In this document: in pieces, positions 8,979 through 18,604 of the stretch
Numbering within the stretch: position 1 is the stretch's first letter
How the letters are laid out: every line of letters starts with the position of its first letter
Source of the DNA: Bdellovibrionota bacterium
GTDB taxonomy: Bacteria; Bdellovibrionota_C; UBA2361; JBIKWN01
Length of the DNA stretch: 50,489 nucleotides
NCBI GenBank assembly: GCA_044356295.1
Contig: JBIKWN010000013.1
Location: 1-50,489 of the forward strand
Direction: 5' to 3'
Made by a program: the position numbers and the translations under genes
Notes under the pieces: model-generated
What the model was told of the DNA's origin: nothing
The model's database searches: none
What the model saw: the letters and a program-made list of their open reading frames with translations, nothing else

Positions 8979-11900
8979 TCATCCTGTTAGTCTCCTAAAG
9001 TCACTAGGATTTCCATCCTGACGAGTTACAGCAATACCGCGCTGGAAGAGGATAAAATTTTCAATAGAACCATATGTTTGTATAAGTTGTAGATATGCCG
9101 CATTGCTTGATAACAGTTCTTTTTGTTCTTCAACATACAGATTTGTGATATTAGTGAGTGAAATTCCAGTTTTCGAATTTAAGTGTACGACCCCGTTTGC
9201 TTTTACTGTATCTGCATATCCAAGGTGATACTCAAATCCTGATTGTCCTGCGTTTGCACCAAATATTGCTGTAATTAACCCGTTTGCATTAGTAATTGAG
9301 AGTGTATGAAAGTGTGCAAATACGAATACATGGAAATCCTCAAGTGTAGCGCCTAGGCTATGGGTCCATTTTTCATTTCCATCAATTGGTGTGGTCAGTT
9401 TGGAGCCTTTAGCCATTGCTCCAGTGTAGTGTTGAGAACCAACTACAAATCCAGTTGAATCCCGAAAATCGAGGATACTTGTAGAGTAGTCTACTGAAGT
9501 TCCCTCACGATCAATAAACATTCTTGGATATGAAACAAGTTTCTCTGCTTCGTCTCTTCCACAAAGACCTGAATAAAAATTCTTAATCTGTTGATACAGT
9601 GGGTCTAAGAACCAAATACCTTGGCCTCCTTTATGAGATTGTGAGTTTGTTTCATGATTTCCAACGTTAATTGTGAATCGGGGTAATACAAAATCGGGAT
9701 TGTTGGCTTTATTTATGCGAATAATCTCAAGTATTTCATTCAGTAATAATCCAACGAATTTTTGTTGATCTTCGATTGAAGGTATTGCTCCAACTTCAGC
9801 CTGCTGCCTCCCGTAATTTTGACCTTGCAAGACATCACCGTTGATTACAATCTCTTTATATCCCGATGCAATTGCCCACACTAATCCATCAAACCAACTT
9901 TTTGCATCTGCAGTAGGAGATCCTGTCTGCCAATCACTTGTAAAATAGATTCCAACATCTTTTTCTTGAAGTCCTTTGTTTCTATTTTCAATAAGTGTTT
10001 TCTCAATTTTTTCATTCCAAACTTTCACAGTATAACAACCTGTTTTTTTCCCGTTGTGAATACCACCGCTTACTGCAACTGCACTTGCACCATTGACTCT
10101 TCTTCTTGAATAATTTCTCCTTCTTTCTGGAGATGGTTCAACATCAAATAAGAGAGACATATCCTCAGGAAGTTCTTGAAGTGTTCCAGAACTCACAAGG
10201 AGTGTGCCAATTGGATTTGATTTTGTAGGTTCTGTAATTTGTACAAATGCTTGCCCGGAACCTCCGGTAAAAATAACATCGTAGGTTTCTTCACCAGCAA
10301 GGCCAAGGCTTTTAATAACCCCATTCGTGTAGTCATTTGGGTTATTAGGTTCTCCTCTTCCAAATTTAGCTTGAGATTTAAGAAGTACCTTTAGTTTTGT
10401 TTCACCATCTGCGTCAATGATATTAAGTTTCGCACCATCCCGAGCTATAATTGTTTCTGCATCAATTTCTTCACTTACCGGGAATATGACGTGTAATAGT
10501 TTATTTATATAGTTGTCGCAGTCTACCATTTCATTCAAAAATGAGTCATAAATAATTTTTATCTCAGTCTTTGATTGTTCTATTGCATTGATACCGTTTT
10601 GAATAAGTATTGAACTCATATCTCGAACAATCTCGAATTCGTTCATATTGATTTCAATAGCTTCGTTAATTTCTTTTTCAGAAAACCACATTCGCCCCAA
10701 TTTTATAGAAAGTGGGAACATTACTTTTACGATAAACTCTAAGTCCTCTTCGTGAATTTTGGCATTTTTCATCCTTGCCGTATGGATCCCTTGATTATTA
10801 AGTCGGCTGAGTGCTTCATCAATGGTCTCTTCATCAAACCGTGGATTTCCGCGCTCAACTTGCTTATCACGTACCATTTGTATGTCTGCCTGAATTTTTG
10901 CAGAATCAATTTCTGCCCTACCTATTAAATTAATACACGGACGAGCAATTGTTTTACTAATAAATTCATATAAGAGTGAAATTTGTTCACTCAGATCCCT
11001 ATAGTCACTAAATCCCTTTTGGATAGGATGTACTGATGAACGTTGTAATCGAGGAACAGCAGCACTATCACCTTGTAAGCTGTTTGCCAGAAGAACGAAT
11101 GAATCAGGAGTTTCATGAATACTTTGTAATACGCCTTGTAAAACTTTTTCATTTAAGAATCCACTTCCGAATCGCAGTTCATTTAATAGGATTGTTGGAG
11201 GAAGACTTCCATCTTGTGTTTGCAGATTATACGAAGGCACTTCAAATCTTTTTCTGTTCAATTCTAGAGCAGCGATATATCTATCAAAGGAAGATATAGA
11301 TGGATCAGGATTGATGAGTGAGAGTCGTTTGGCTGCTTCTCGAACACCTCGAATTCCGAGTCCAAAGTCAGTTGCAATGGGAGTCGGTAAATATCCTTCT
11401 TCAAATCTTTGAACGAGCCCACTATCTTCAAGATACCGAAGTGCCAGTACGACAAGAGATGCACGTACACCACTGTCTTTAGCAATACGTTTCACTCGCA
11501 ATCTATCGAGTAATGAAGGGATACCTTCAGAACGAGTATCTGAAATACCCAAAGGACGGATTTTTTTTGAATAGCGAAGTTGGAATTCTTTTTGTAGTGC
11601 AACTCCTAGTTTCTCTCGAAGGCGGGAGGGCACCAATTGCTCAAAAGTATTCCTGTCGAGGTTTCCGTGGGCAAATGATAAAAGAGTACGACCTTCATCA
11701 ACATAATTTTCTTGGATAATTTCTCCTTTCGTAAGGTCCGTGATTGTTTGTTTGAATTCAGGAAATTGTTTTAGGAAAATATCTTTATCAAAAGTTGCCT
11801 TCTGAGAGAGTTCTGTCAGAACTTGGTTAGGAATTGTTTTTAGGAATGCGTTTTCAGCTTTACGAATTTCTTGTGCAATGACAATGTGCTGTTCATTCAG

Positions 11901-12437
11901 CGCAACAAAGTCAGCCCTTGTAATAGAATCAGTTTTAAGGAGTTTATTTGTATTTTGTTCATTTGCAAATTCCAATAATTTATTGTCGAGTTGTCTTAAG
12001 TTGTGGAGTTTGTCGATGCTGGTCGCGGTTCCATTCTCTTGAACATCTTCCCGGATTGCTATTAGTTCAAAGCCAATTTCTTTTAATAACTTGACTGTTG
12101 CAGGATTGATTTTCTTTGGTTTGATATTCCCACTAACAAAAAGTTTTTCATAAAATCTATAGACTAAGCTTTCGAGAAACTGACGATTATCTTGATTTTC
12201 TTCAATAATACTTTGTATCTTTTCTATATTGAAATTATCCTGTTCTGCCTCAGTTTGTGGGATAATATCTTTGGCATGTCGAATTAATTGAAAAGCAAGG
12301 GAATTTGAAAATAAGTCAAAGTCCTCCTCTAGAGTATGGTCAGTGATTTTTAGCTCTTGAGGAATCAACTGTTCTACCAGTGGGAGTCTGAATTCTATAT
12401 CTTCATTATTCGATAATAATTCAAGAAATGTTTGCAT
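8979..12437 (-). CDS. Large multidomain protein: helical N-terminus, winged HTH, degenerate metallophosphoesterase repeat, C-terminal calcineurin-like metallophosphoesterase
   Basis: C-terminal motifs in canonical order: FTSDWQTGS, INGDVLQG, VGNHE, SQH, FAHFH. wHTH-like segment VKRIAKDSGVRASLVVLALRYLEDSGLVQRFEEGYLPT at ~aa 315-352. Confidence 0.75.
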   Translation of the reverse strand: MQTFLELLSNNEDIEFRLPLVEQLIPQELKITDHTLEEDFDLFSNSLAFQLIRHAKDIIPQTEAEQDNFNIEKIQSIIEENQDNRQFLESLVYRFYEKLFVSGNIKPKKINPATVKLLKEIGFELIAIREDVQENGTATSIDKLHNLRQLDNKLLEFANEQNTNKLLKTDSITRADFVALNEQHIVIAQEIRKAENAFLKTIPNQVLTELSQKATFDKDIFLKQFPEFKQTITDLTKGEIIQENYVDEGRTLLSFAHGNLDRNTFEQLVPSRLREKLGVALQKEFQLRYSKKIRPLGISDTRSEGIPSLLDRLRVKRIAKDSGVRASLVVLALRYLEDSGLVQRFEEGYLPTPIATDFGLGIRGVREAAKRLSLINPDPSISSFDRYIAALELNRKRFEVPSYNLQTQDGSLPPTILLNELRFGSGFLNEKVLQGVLQSIHETPDSFVLLANSLQGDSAAVPRLQRSSVHPIQKGFSDYRDLSEQISLLYEFISKTIARPCINLIGRAEIDSAKIQADIQMVRDKQVERGNPRFDEETIDEALSRLNNQGIHTARMKNAKIHEEDLEFIVKVMFPLSIKLGRMWFSEKEINEAIEINMNEFEIVRDMSSILIQNGINAIEQSKTEIKIIYDSFLNEMVDCDNYINKLLHVIFPVSEEIDAETIIARDGAKLNIIDADGETKLKVLLKSQAKFGRGEPNNPNDYTNGVIKSLGLAGEETYDVIFTGGSGQAFVQITEPTKSNPIGTLLVSSGTLQELPEDMSLLFDVEPSPERRRNYSRRRVNGASAVAVSGGIHNGKKTGCYTVKVWNEKIEKTLIENRNKGLQEKDVGIYFTSDWQTGSPTADAKSWFDGLVWAIASGYKEIVINGDVLQGQNYGRQQAEVGAIPSIEDQQKFVGLLLNEILEIIRINKANNPDFVLPRFTINVGNHETNSQSHKGGQGIWFLDPLYQQIKNFYSGLCGRDEAEKLVSYPRMFIDREGTSVDYSTSILDFRDSTGFVVGSQHYTGAMAKGSKLTTPIDGNEKWTHSLGATLEDFHVFVFAHFHTLSITNANGLITAIFGANAGQSGFEYHLGYADTVKANGVVHLNSKTGISLTNITNLYVEEQKELLSSNAAYLQLIQTYGSIENFILFQRGIAVTRQDGNPSDFRRLTG

Positions 12438-12457
12438 AATTTGTTTATCCTATTTTT

Positions 12458-12694
12458 TTATTTTTCGAGTAAGTCTTCGAGAATATTTTGAGTTGTCGTT
12501 ACAGTTCCTTCAAAAGCGTTTTCATTTTCAATAGAAATAATTTCTGGGGTTATCAAATGTAGTTCACTTGCTGTGAACATTTCTTCTACCGAATCACAAT
12601 CGAGCTCAATGAAGCGATCCATTAAAAGATCAATAAGGGTACCGAGTAGAGGAAAGATTTGTTTTTGTGGATATGCCATAAAAATTTGGCACAT
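12458..12694 (-). CDS. Small acidic hypothetical protein (alternative start 12679)
   Basis: Co-oriented and ends 20 nt before the start of the 1152-aa gene, whose SD-like aggat lies in that gap. No motif recognised. Confidence 0.5.
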   Translation of the reverse strand: MCQIFMAYPQKQIFPLLGTLIDLLMDRFIELDCDSVEEMFTASELHLITPEIISIENENAFEGTVTTTQNILEDLLEK

Positions 12695-12906
12695 TAAACG
12701 AACCTATTGTGAACGGTTGATGATTTTTATGTGAATAATTAAAAATCTAGAAAATCTTAGTGAGCTCGTAATAAAGGGAAGAGATATATATGCAAAAAAT
12801 CCCTATTTTTTGCATAAAAAACAACGCTAACCTAATGATATTAATAGAAAAAATAGAATATTTCTTATGACTCTTTGGACATAAAATCCTCAATAACATC
12901 AATGGT

Positions 12907-15108
12907 ATGTCATCAATCAACCCAGAATCTTTAAATATACGCAGGGATATAGCTGTTCCTACTGTATGTGTTGCTGACGAAAAAGGTGAGTTCTATCTGC
13001 CAAATACCCCAACTTTTAAAGGGTATATCCATGACAAAAGAGGTGAAAGGGTTATCTGCGTTGAAATTAACGATGTATATGATGACCAGTCAAATTCAAA
13101 AAAGAACGTAATTATCACTGTCCCTAATCGGGGAGCAACCGCGAGTGTATCTCCAGGTGAACATTCTGTTATTACCTATACAAAGACCATTGATTTAGAG
13201 CAATTATCTGTAATCGATTATGAATTGCTTATTCGAATGAGCGAAATATTTTCAACAGTAGATGAGCATGACAATACTACTTGGTCAGTAATTGTAAAGC
13301 CTAATCGATTACTGGCATTTTTACAGAGCGTCGATTTGCTTGAACAAGTAGATGTTAAAGGATCTTTTGCAACTGGCTATCAACATGATAGCGCGCTTGA
13401 TTTGGAATCTCTAATACTCACTGAAGATGCAACAACGATCAAAGATCCTCTCACTGGTCTTTATGGAAAAGGTCGATTAATTAGTGATGTCATGCTGGAT
13501 GATCCAGTGATACAAGCAATCAAGAACCCCTGTATGCTTTCAATCGATATAGCAGGTATGGGGATTGCAAATTCAGCCCTTGGTAAAGAAGCTGTCGATG
13601 AATATGTTCGAGGTTTTGCTGAGATTTTAAAAGAGCGATTTGGTGATTCCTGTTGTTTTAGAGTTGGAGGAGATGAATTTGTCGTAATCACAAGTGCTGA
13701 AAATAAGAAGAGACTTAAAAAAGAATTATTATCTCTTAAAAATGAATTAAAGAAGTATCGTGAAAGTTTTTACAAGAAATATGAAGTTGATGTCACTAAA
13801 GCACAGCATGAATTCCGATTTAGAGCTTGTGTAGATGAACTCTTAAATGAATTTAAAAGAGAATATAGAGAAGTTCTTGTTCCAAGATCCAGCAAACAAA
13901 TATCAAAACAAAATAAAATCACGGAGTTTTTTAATAAAAAACAATTCAAAGAAAGTGAAATTAATCTGCATGACGAGGAAGACCCTTATGAAGCCATGAG
14001 AATTCACATTGAAAAATTATTCGAATCATTTTTGCAGGAAAATTATTACCAAGAAGCTGAAGGTTTTGATTTAAATGAAATGGTAATATCTGTTAGTAAA
14101 AGTAAAATGAATAAAGATATAGTATCTAATGTTCTTGTGCTTGGTGAATATGTAGCACCTATTGTGCTCAATAGTGATAAAGGTGTTTCTTTATTCGACA
14201 TTCATGTAGGCCTTACTTTTGGTGATAAAGGTATTCAAAAGGCAAAATCAAATCCAAGTCTTTCTTATATTCCTAAACGAGCTAACAAAAAAGAAAATCC
14301 AATAATGAGGAAAGCACTTGAAGAGCAGATAGAATCGGTCAATATGCTCATGGTGAGCGATAGGTCAAATAAGAGTAATACATCTATGGATTCTCAGCTC
14401 GCTCATATCAATTCTTGGGGTAATGCAATGAAGGACTATTCGCTTCAGGGTAAGGCTCTTCGTTATGAAATGATTAAAGACAGAACTCTTGGTGAAATAT
14501 TTCAGGTTTCTAATGAGAGGCAAACGTATGTATTTCAGTTAGATAAAGAAGGATTTGGCATTGATAATAAGGTTCATGGCTCTGAACGCGCAGATAAAAT
14601 GTTAGAAATTATGATTGATGCAGTGAAGAGGTATACTGGAGATTGCATGGTGATCAGGGATAAAGGTGGAAGATTAACGTTCTTTGTTAATGCTCCTTTA
14701 GTTACACAAGAGCAGGAAGAGAAATTAATCAAAGCACAGGAAGCTCAAAAGAAAATATCCACAGGTTTTAAGTTAAGTGAAAACGAACTTATTGATTCAC
14801 AATATGTTCATCCTCTCGTTGAAGAGTTAAAAACAATCGCTTATTACAGTGCCCGTGAATATTTAGGTTATTTAGAAGGGATAAAAAGAACTGTATTGCA
14901 ACATGCATTTAAAAATCAACGTTTCCTTGATTTTAAGAAACCAGAGGTTCTTGATAACAAAATAGTCCGCTTATTCCATGGGATGCAGCATCTATCGCCA
15001 GAGATGAGTATTCAAGATTTATTTGATTCGATGCCTTTAAATCTTTCGAAATTACCCACAGAGTGGGAGGAAAAGCCAAAATATGCTGTGGTAGGTGTTC
15101 GGGGATAG
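12907..15108 (+). CDS. Atypical GGDEF-domain protein with a second, degenerate GGDEF-like domain
   Basis: KDPLTGLY...SIDIAGMGIANSALGKEAVDE...FRVGGDEFVVI (GGDEF codons 13666-13680). Second copy FQLDKEGFGIDNKVHGSERADKML...IRDKGGRLTFF. Confidence 0.8.
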   Translation: MSSINPESLNIRRDIAVPTVCVADEKGEFYLPNTPTFKGYIHDKRGERVICVEINDVYDDQSNSKKNVIITVPNRGATASVSPGEHSVITYTKTIDLEQLSVIDYELLIRMSEIFSTVDEHDNTTWSVIVKPNRLLAFLQSVDLLEQVDVKGSFATGYQHDSALDLESLILTEDATTIKDPLTGLYGKGRLISDVMLDDPVIQAIKNPCMLSIDIAGMGIANSALGKEAVDEYVRGFAEILKERFGDSCCFRVGGDEFVVITSAENKKRLKKELLSLKNELKKYRESFYKKYEVDVTKAQHEFRFRACVDELLNEFKREYREVLVPRSSKQISKQNKITEFFNKKQFKESEINLHDEEDPYEAMRIHIEKLFESFLQENYYQEAEGFDLNEMVISVSKSKMNKDIVSNVLVLGEYVAPIVLNSDKGVSLFDIHVGLTFGDKGIQKAKSNPSLSYIPKRANKKENPIMRKALEEQIESVNMLMVSDRSNKSNTSMDSQLAHINSWGNAMKDYSLQGKALRYEMIKDRTLGEIFQVSNERQTYVFQLDKEGFGIDNKVHGSERADKMLEIMIDAVKRYTGDCMVIRDKGGRLTFFVNAPLVTQEQEEKLIKAQEAQKKISTGFKLSENELIDSQYVHPLVEELKTIAYYSAREYLGYLEGIKRTVLQHAFKNQRFLDFKKPEVLDNKIVRLFHGMQHLSPEMSIQDLFDSMPLNLSKLPTEWEEKPKYAVVGVRG

Positions 15109-15201
15109 TGAAGAATTGGTCACACCTATTATTTAACAGCAGAATAGCACTGGTTTGTGTAAATTCTAATTTAAAACAATTTCTGCTACTATCTTCCGAC
15201 T

Positions 15202-16881
15202 ATGGCAGAATACATCTATACAATGCACCGAGTATCAAAAACCTACTCTGGTGGTAAACAAGTTTTAAAAGACATTTCACTTTCATATTTCTATGGTGCA
15301 AAAATTGGGGTCCTTGGACTGAATGGTTCTGGTAAATCAACATTACTAAAAATCATGGCAGGGTTGGACACTGAATTCTCAGGTGAAGCGAAACCTGCAG
15401 AAGGTGTTACTATCGGATACTTACCCCAAGAGCCCCAACTTGATCCAACAAAGACAGTCAAAGAAAACGTGATGATGGGACTTGGGGATATTGTAAAATA
15501 TCTTGCACGGTTCGAAGAGATCTCGGGTTTAATGGCAGACCCAGATTTAGATCCAAATAAAATGGATAAACTATTATCTGAACAATCCGAACTCCAAGAT
15601 AAAATTGATGCCGAGAACGGATGGGATCTTGATCATACATTAGAACTTGCAATGGATGCACTTCGCTGCCCGCCTTCTGAATGGGAAGTTACTAATCTTT
15701 CTGGTGGTGAAAAAAGAAGAGTTGCACTTTGCAAGCTCCTTCTTCAAAAACCAGATATACTTTTACTTGATGAGCCTACAAACCATTTAGATGCTGAGTC
15801 TGTTTTGTGGTTAGAGCAGTATTTGAATAAGTATGAAGGAACAGTAATTGCTGTAACGCACGATCGGTACTTTCTTGATAATTCAGCAGAATGGATTCTT
15901 GAATTAGATAGAGGTCATGGTATCCCTTGGAAGGGTAACTATTCATCTTGGCTTGATCAAAAGAAGAAGCGACTAGAACAAGAAGAAAAATCAGAAGCAA
16001 AGAAACAGAAAACGTTGGAGCGAGAACTTGAGTGGATTCAAGCGTCACCAAAAGCACGTCAAGCTAAAAGCAAAGCTCGTGTTAATGCATATGAAGCTCT
16101 TGTTAATTCTATTACTCCAGAGAAGATTGACGATATGGAGATCTTTATTCCTGCATCGCAACGGCTCGGGGATGTTGTTATAAAAGGCGACAATATAACA
16201 AAATCATTTGGTGATAAGTTGCTCTTTGAAAATTTCACTTTCGAGATCCCACCTGGTGGAATTGTTGGAATAATTGGTCCAAACGGAGCAGGTAAAACAA
16301 CTCTTTTTAGAATGATTTCTGGACAAGAAAAACCTGATTCAGGAACTATTACCATTGGTTCAACTGTACAACTTGCTTATGTGGATCAAAGTCGTGACTC
16401 TTTAAAAGACGATCGATTTGTATGGGAAGAGATAGCAGATGGGCCAAATGAATTTATTAAGCTTGGTAACAAAGAGATTAATTCACGTGCCTATGCCGCA
16501 AGGTTTAATTTCACTGGATCTGATCAACAGAAAAAAGTAGGGGTGCTCTCTGGTGGAGAACGGAACCGTGTTCACATGGCAAAAGTTCTTAAAAATGGCG
16601 GAAACGTTTTGCTACTAGATGAACCTACAAATGACCTCGATATTAATACACTTCGTGCTTTAGAAGACGCGCTGCTTGAGTATGCAGGGTGTGCAGTTGT
16701 TATCAGCCACGATAGATGGTTTTTGAATAGAATTTGCACACACATTATGGCATTCGAAGGCGATTCATCAGTGGTTTTCTGTCAAGGTAACTTTGATGAC
16801 TATGAAGAAGATAAAAAGAAACGACTTGGCGCTGATGCAGCTCAGCCGAAACGAATTAAATTTAGGAAGATGACTCGGTGA
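15202..16881 (+). CDS. ettA: Energy-dependent translational throttle protein EttA (ABC-F)
   Basis: MAEYIYTMHRVSK..KDISLSYFYGAKIGVLGLNGSGKST, LELAMDALRCPP, PtIM linker ERELEWIQASPKARQAKSKAR; 559 aa. Confidence 0.96.
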   Translation: MAEYIYTMHRVSKTYSGGKQVLKDISLSYFYGAKIGVLGLNGSGKSTLLKIMAGLDTEFSGEAKPAEGVTIGYLPQEPQLDPTKTVKENVMMGLGDIVKYLARFEEISGLMADPDLDPNKMDKLLSEQSELQDKIDAENGWDLDHTLELAMDALRCPPSEWEVTNLSGGEKRRVALCKLLLQKPDILLLDEPTNHLDAESVLWLEQYLNKYEGTVIAVTHDRYFLDNSAEWILELDRGHGIPWKGNYSSWLDQKKKRLEQEEKSEAKKQKTLERELEWIQASPKARQAKSKARVNAYEALVNSITPEKIDDMEIFIPASQRLGDVVIKGDNITKSFGDKLLFENFTFEIPPGGIVGIIGPNGAGKTTLFRMISGQEKPDSGTITIGSTVQLAYVDQSRDSLKDDRFVWEEIADGPNEFIKLGNKEINSRAYAARFNFTGSDQQKKVGVLSGGERNRVHMAKVLKNGGNVLLLDEPTNDLDINTLRALEDALLEYAGCAVVISHDRWFLNRICTHIMAFEGDSSVVFCQGNFDDYEEDKKKRLGADAAQPKRIKFRKMTR

Positions 16882-18053
16882 TCGGAATACTTGGTGGTGG
16901 TCAACTTGCGAAAATGCTTGTTGAGGCTTCTGAGAAGCTTGGAATAACTGTTGCAGTGTATTCGGATTCGAAAGAATGTCCGGCTTATTATGCAAATGTC
17001 AAACAGGAGTTTAAGCCAACTATCATCGTTGGTGGTGTTGATAGAGCAAGTTATCGATCTTTTCTATCTCAATGCTCAACGGTAATTTTTGAAAGCGAAT
17101 TCATTGATACCAAAGAGCTTGAAGCTGCCGCTGAAAGTTTACAGGTGACTTTTTTGCCACCTCTTTCAGTGATGGCAAGATTTCAAGATAAATTAGAACA
17201 GAAAAATATCTGTAAGGAATATAATCTTCCTACTGCCCCATGGATTGTTGTTGATAAAGATAATATTGAAAGCTCAATTGAAAAAATTTGTAATGAATTC
17301 TCTGGACGAGCTGTCTTTAAATGGTCTCGACTTGGATATGATGGAAAAGGTAATTTTTTTCTAAAAGATATCTCTTTACAGAAAACCGATTTACTTTCGT
17401 TTATTACTTCGGGGATGAAAGCGGGTGGACAAATCTATGCTGAAAAGCTTGTTCCATTTACTCGTGAACTTGCAATTGTTTGCAGCCGTAGCATTGATGG
17501 ATCAATTGTTGATTATCCCGTCATTTGGTCAGAGCAAGAAAATGGGATTTGTTTGAATGTAAGAGGGCCCGCAACAGCGTTTGGTGTTTCAAATGATGTG
17601 GTTGAAAGTCTAAAAAATATAGGCAAAACAATAGGCGAAAAGGGAGCTATCGTTGGAACCTACGCAGTCGAAGCCTTTGAAGTAAATGATACCGTCATGA
17701 TTAATGAGATTGCTCCTCGTGTACATAATACTGGGCACTATACACAGAAAGGATGTAAAGTATCGCAGTTTGAAAATCATATGAGAGCTGTATCTGATGA
17801 TTCCCTAGAGGAACCACAGCCTGCTCATTACTTTGGTATGAGGAATATTTTAGGGCCAAGTAGTATCTCTAAAGATGATGTTGAGCCGCCTCAGAATGGG
17901 CAAGAACTATATCTCCATTGGTATCATAAAAAAGGCACACGCCCTGGTCGAAAATTAGGTCATATTAATATAGTCGCTTCTTCAAAAGAGCAGCTTGAAG
18001 AAAGATTCACAAAAGCATTACAGTTAGAAAAGAAATGGACTGAGTCACTATGA
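16878..18053 (+). CDS. purK: N5-CAIR synthetase (ATP-grasp)
   Basis: [47 protein letters not shown]; adjacent to purE. Confidence 0.95.
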   Translation: MIGILGGGQLAKMLVEASEKLGITVAVYSDSKECPAYYANVKQEFKPTIIVGGVDRASYRSFLSQCSTVIFESEFIDTKELEAAAESLQVTFLPPLSVMARFQDKLEQKNICKEYNLPTAPWIVVDKDNIESSIEKICNEFSGRAVFKWSRLGYDGKGNFFLKDISLQKTDLLSFITSGMKAGGQIYAEKLVPFTRELAIVCSRSIDGSIVDYPVIWSEQENGICLNVRGPATAFGVSNDVVESLKNIGKTIGEKGAIVGTYAVEAFEVNDTVMINEIAPRVHNTGHYTQKGCKVSQFENHMRAVSDDSLEEPQPAHYFGMRNILGPSSISKDDVEPPQNGQELYLHWYHKKGTRPGRKLGHINIVASSKEQLEERFTKALQLEKKWTESL

Positions 18054-18547
18054 AGAAAATAAAAAAAACGAGCAGCGTACAGGTCGGAATTATCATGGGG
18101 AGCGACTCAGACTTATCGATCATGAAAGATGCGGCTGCAATGCTTAAAGAGTTCGGTATTAATTATGAAATGAAAGTTGTCTCTGCACACAGGACGCCAG
18201 AGATGATGATTGAATACGGTAAAACAGCACGAAGCCGTGGTTTGAAAGTCATTATTGCAGGAGCTGGTGGAGCAGCGCACTTACCAGGAATGATAGCTTC
18301 AATGACAGAGCTTCCGGTTATTGGTGTTCCCGTTCCGCTGAAATATCTTGATGGACAAGATTCACTTTTATCAATTGTTCAAATGCCGAAAGGTGTTCCC
18401 GTTGCAACGGTTGCAATTGGAAATGCGGCTAATGCAGGGATTTTGGCTGCTCAAATTATCGGTACAAGTAGCGATCCTAAAATTTTGGATAAAGTAAGAA
18501 GCTACAAAAATTCATTAGATAAACTTATAAAAAATAAAAAAATCTAA
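18050..18547 (+). CDS. purE: N5-CAIR mutase
   Basis: [46 protein letters not shown]. Confidence 0.97.
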   Translation: MKKIKKTSSVQVGIIMGSDSDLSIMKDAAAMLKEFGINYEMKVVSAHRTPEMMIEYGKTARSRGLKVIIAGAGGAAHLPGMIASMTELPVIGVPVPLKYLDGQDSLLSIVQMPKGVPVATVAIGNAANAGILAAQIIGTSSDPKILDKVRSYKNSLDKLIKNKKI

Positions 18548-18604
18548 CCGATTTCTTCTACCTGCATCCCAACGGTATCAGACAAAAGCTGTATTTGGTC
18601 TGAA

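Noticed and set aside
12907..15108. Cas10/type III CRISPR polymerase or Hypr-type cGAMP synthase
   Set aside because: The motif is GGDEF rather than GGDD, with no HD domain and no cas genes. The guanine-specifying Asp (N+9) is retained rather than the Ser of Hypr GGDEFs.
8979..15108. Prophage or integrative element
   Set aside because: No integrase, transposase, phage structural gene, tRNA or flanking direct repeat was recognised.
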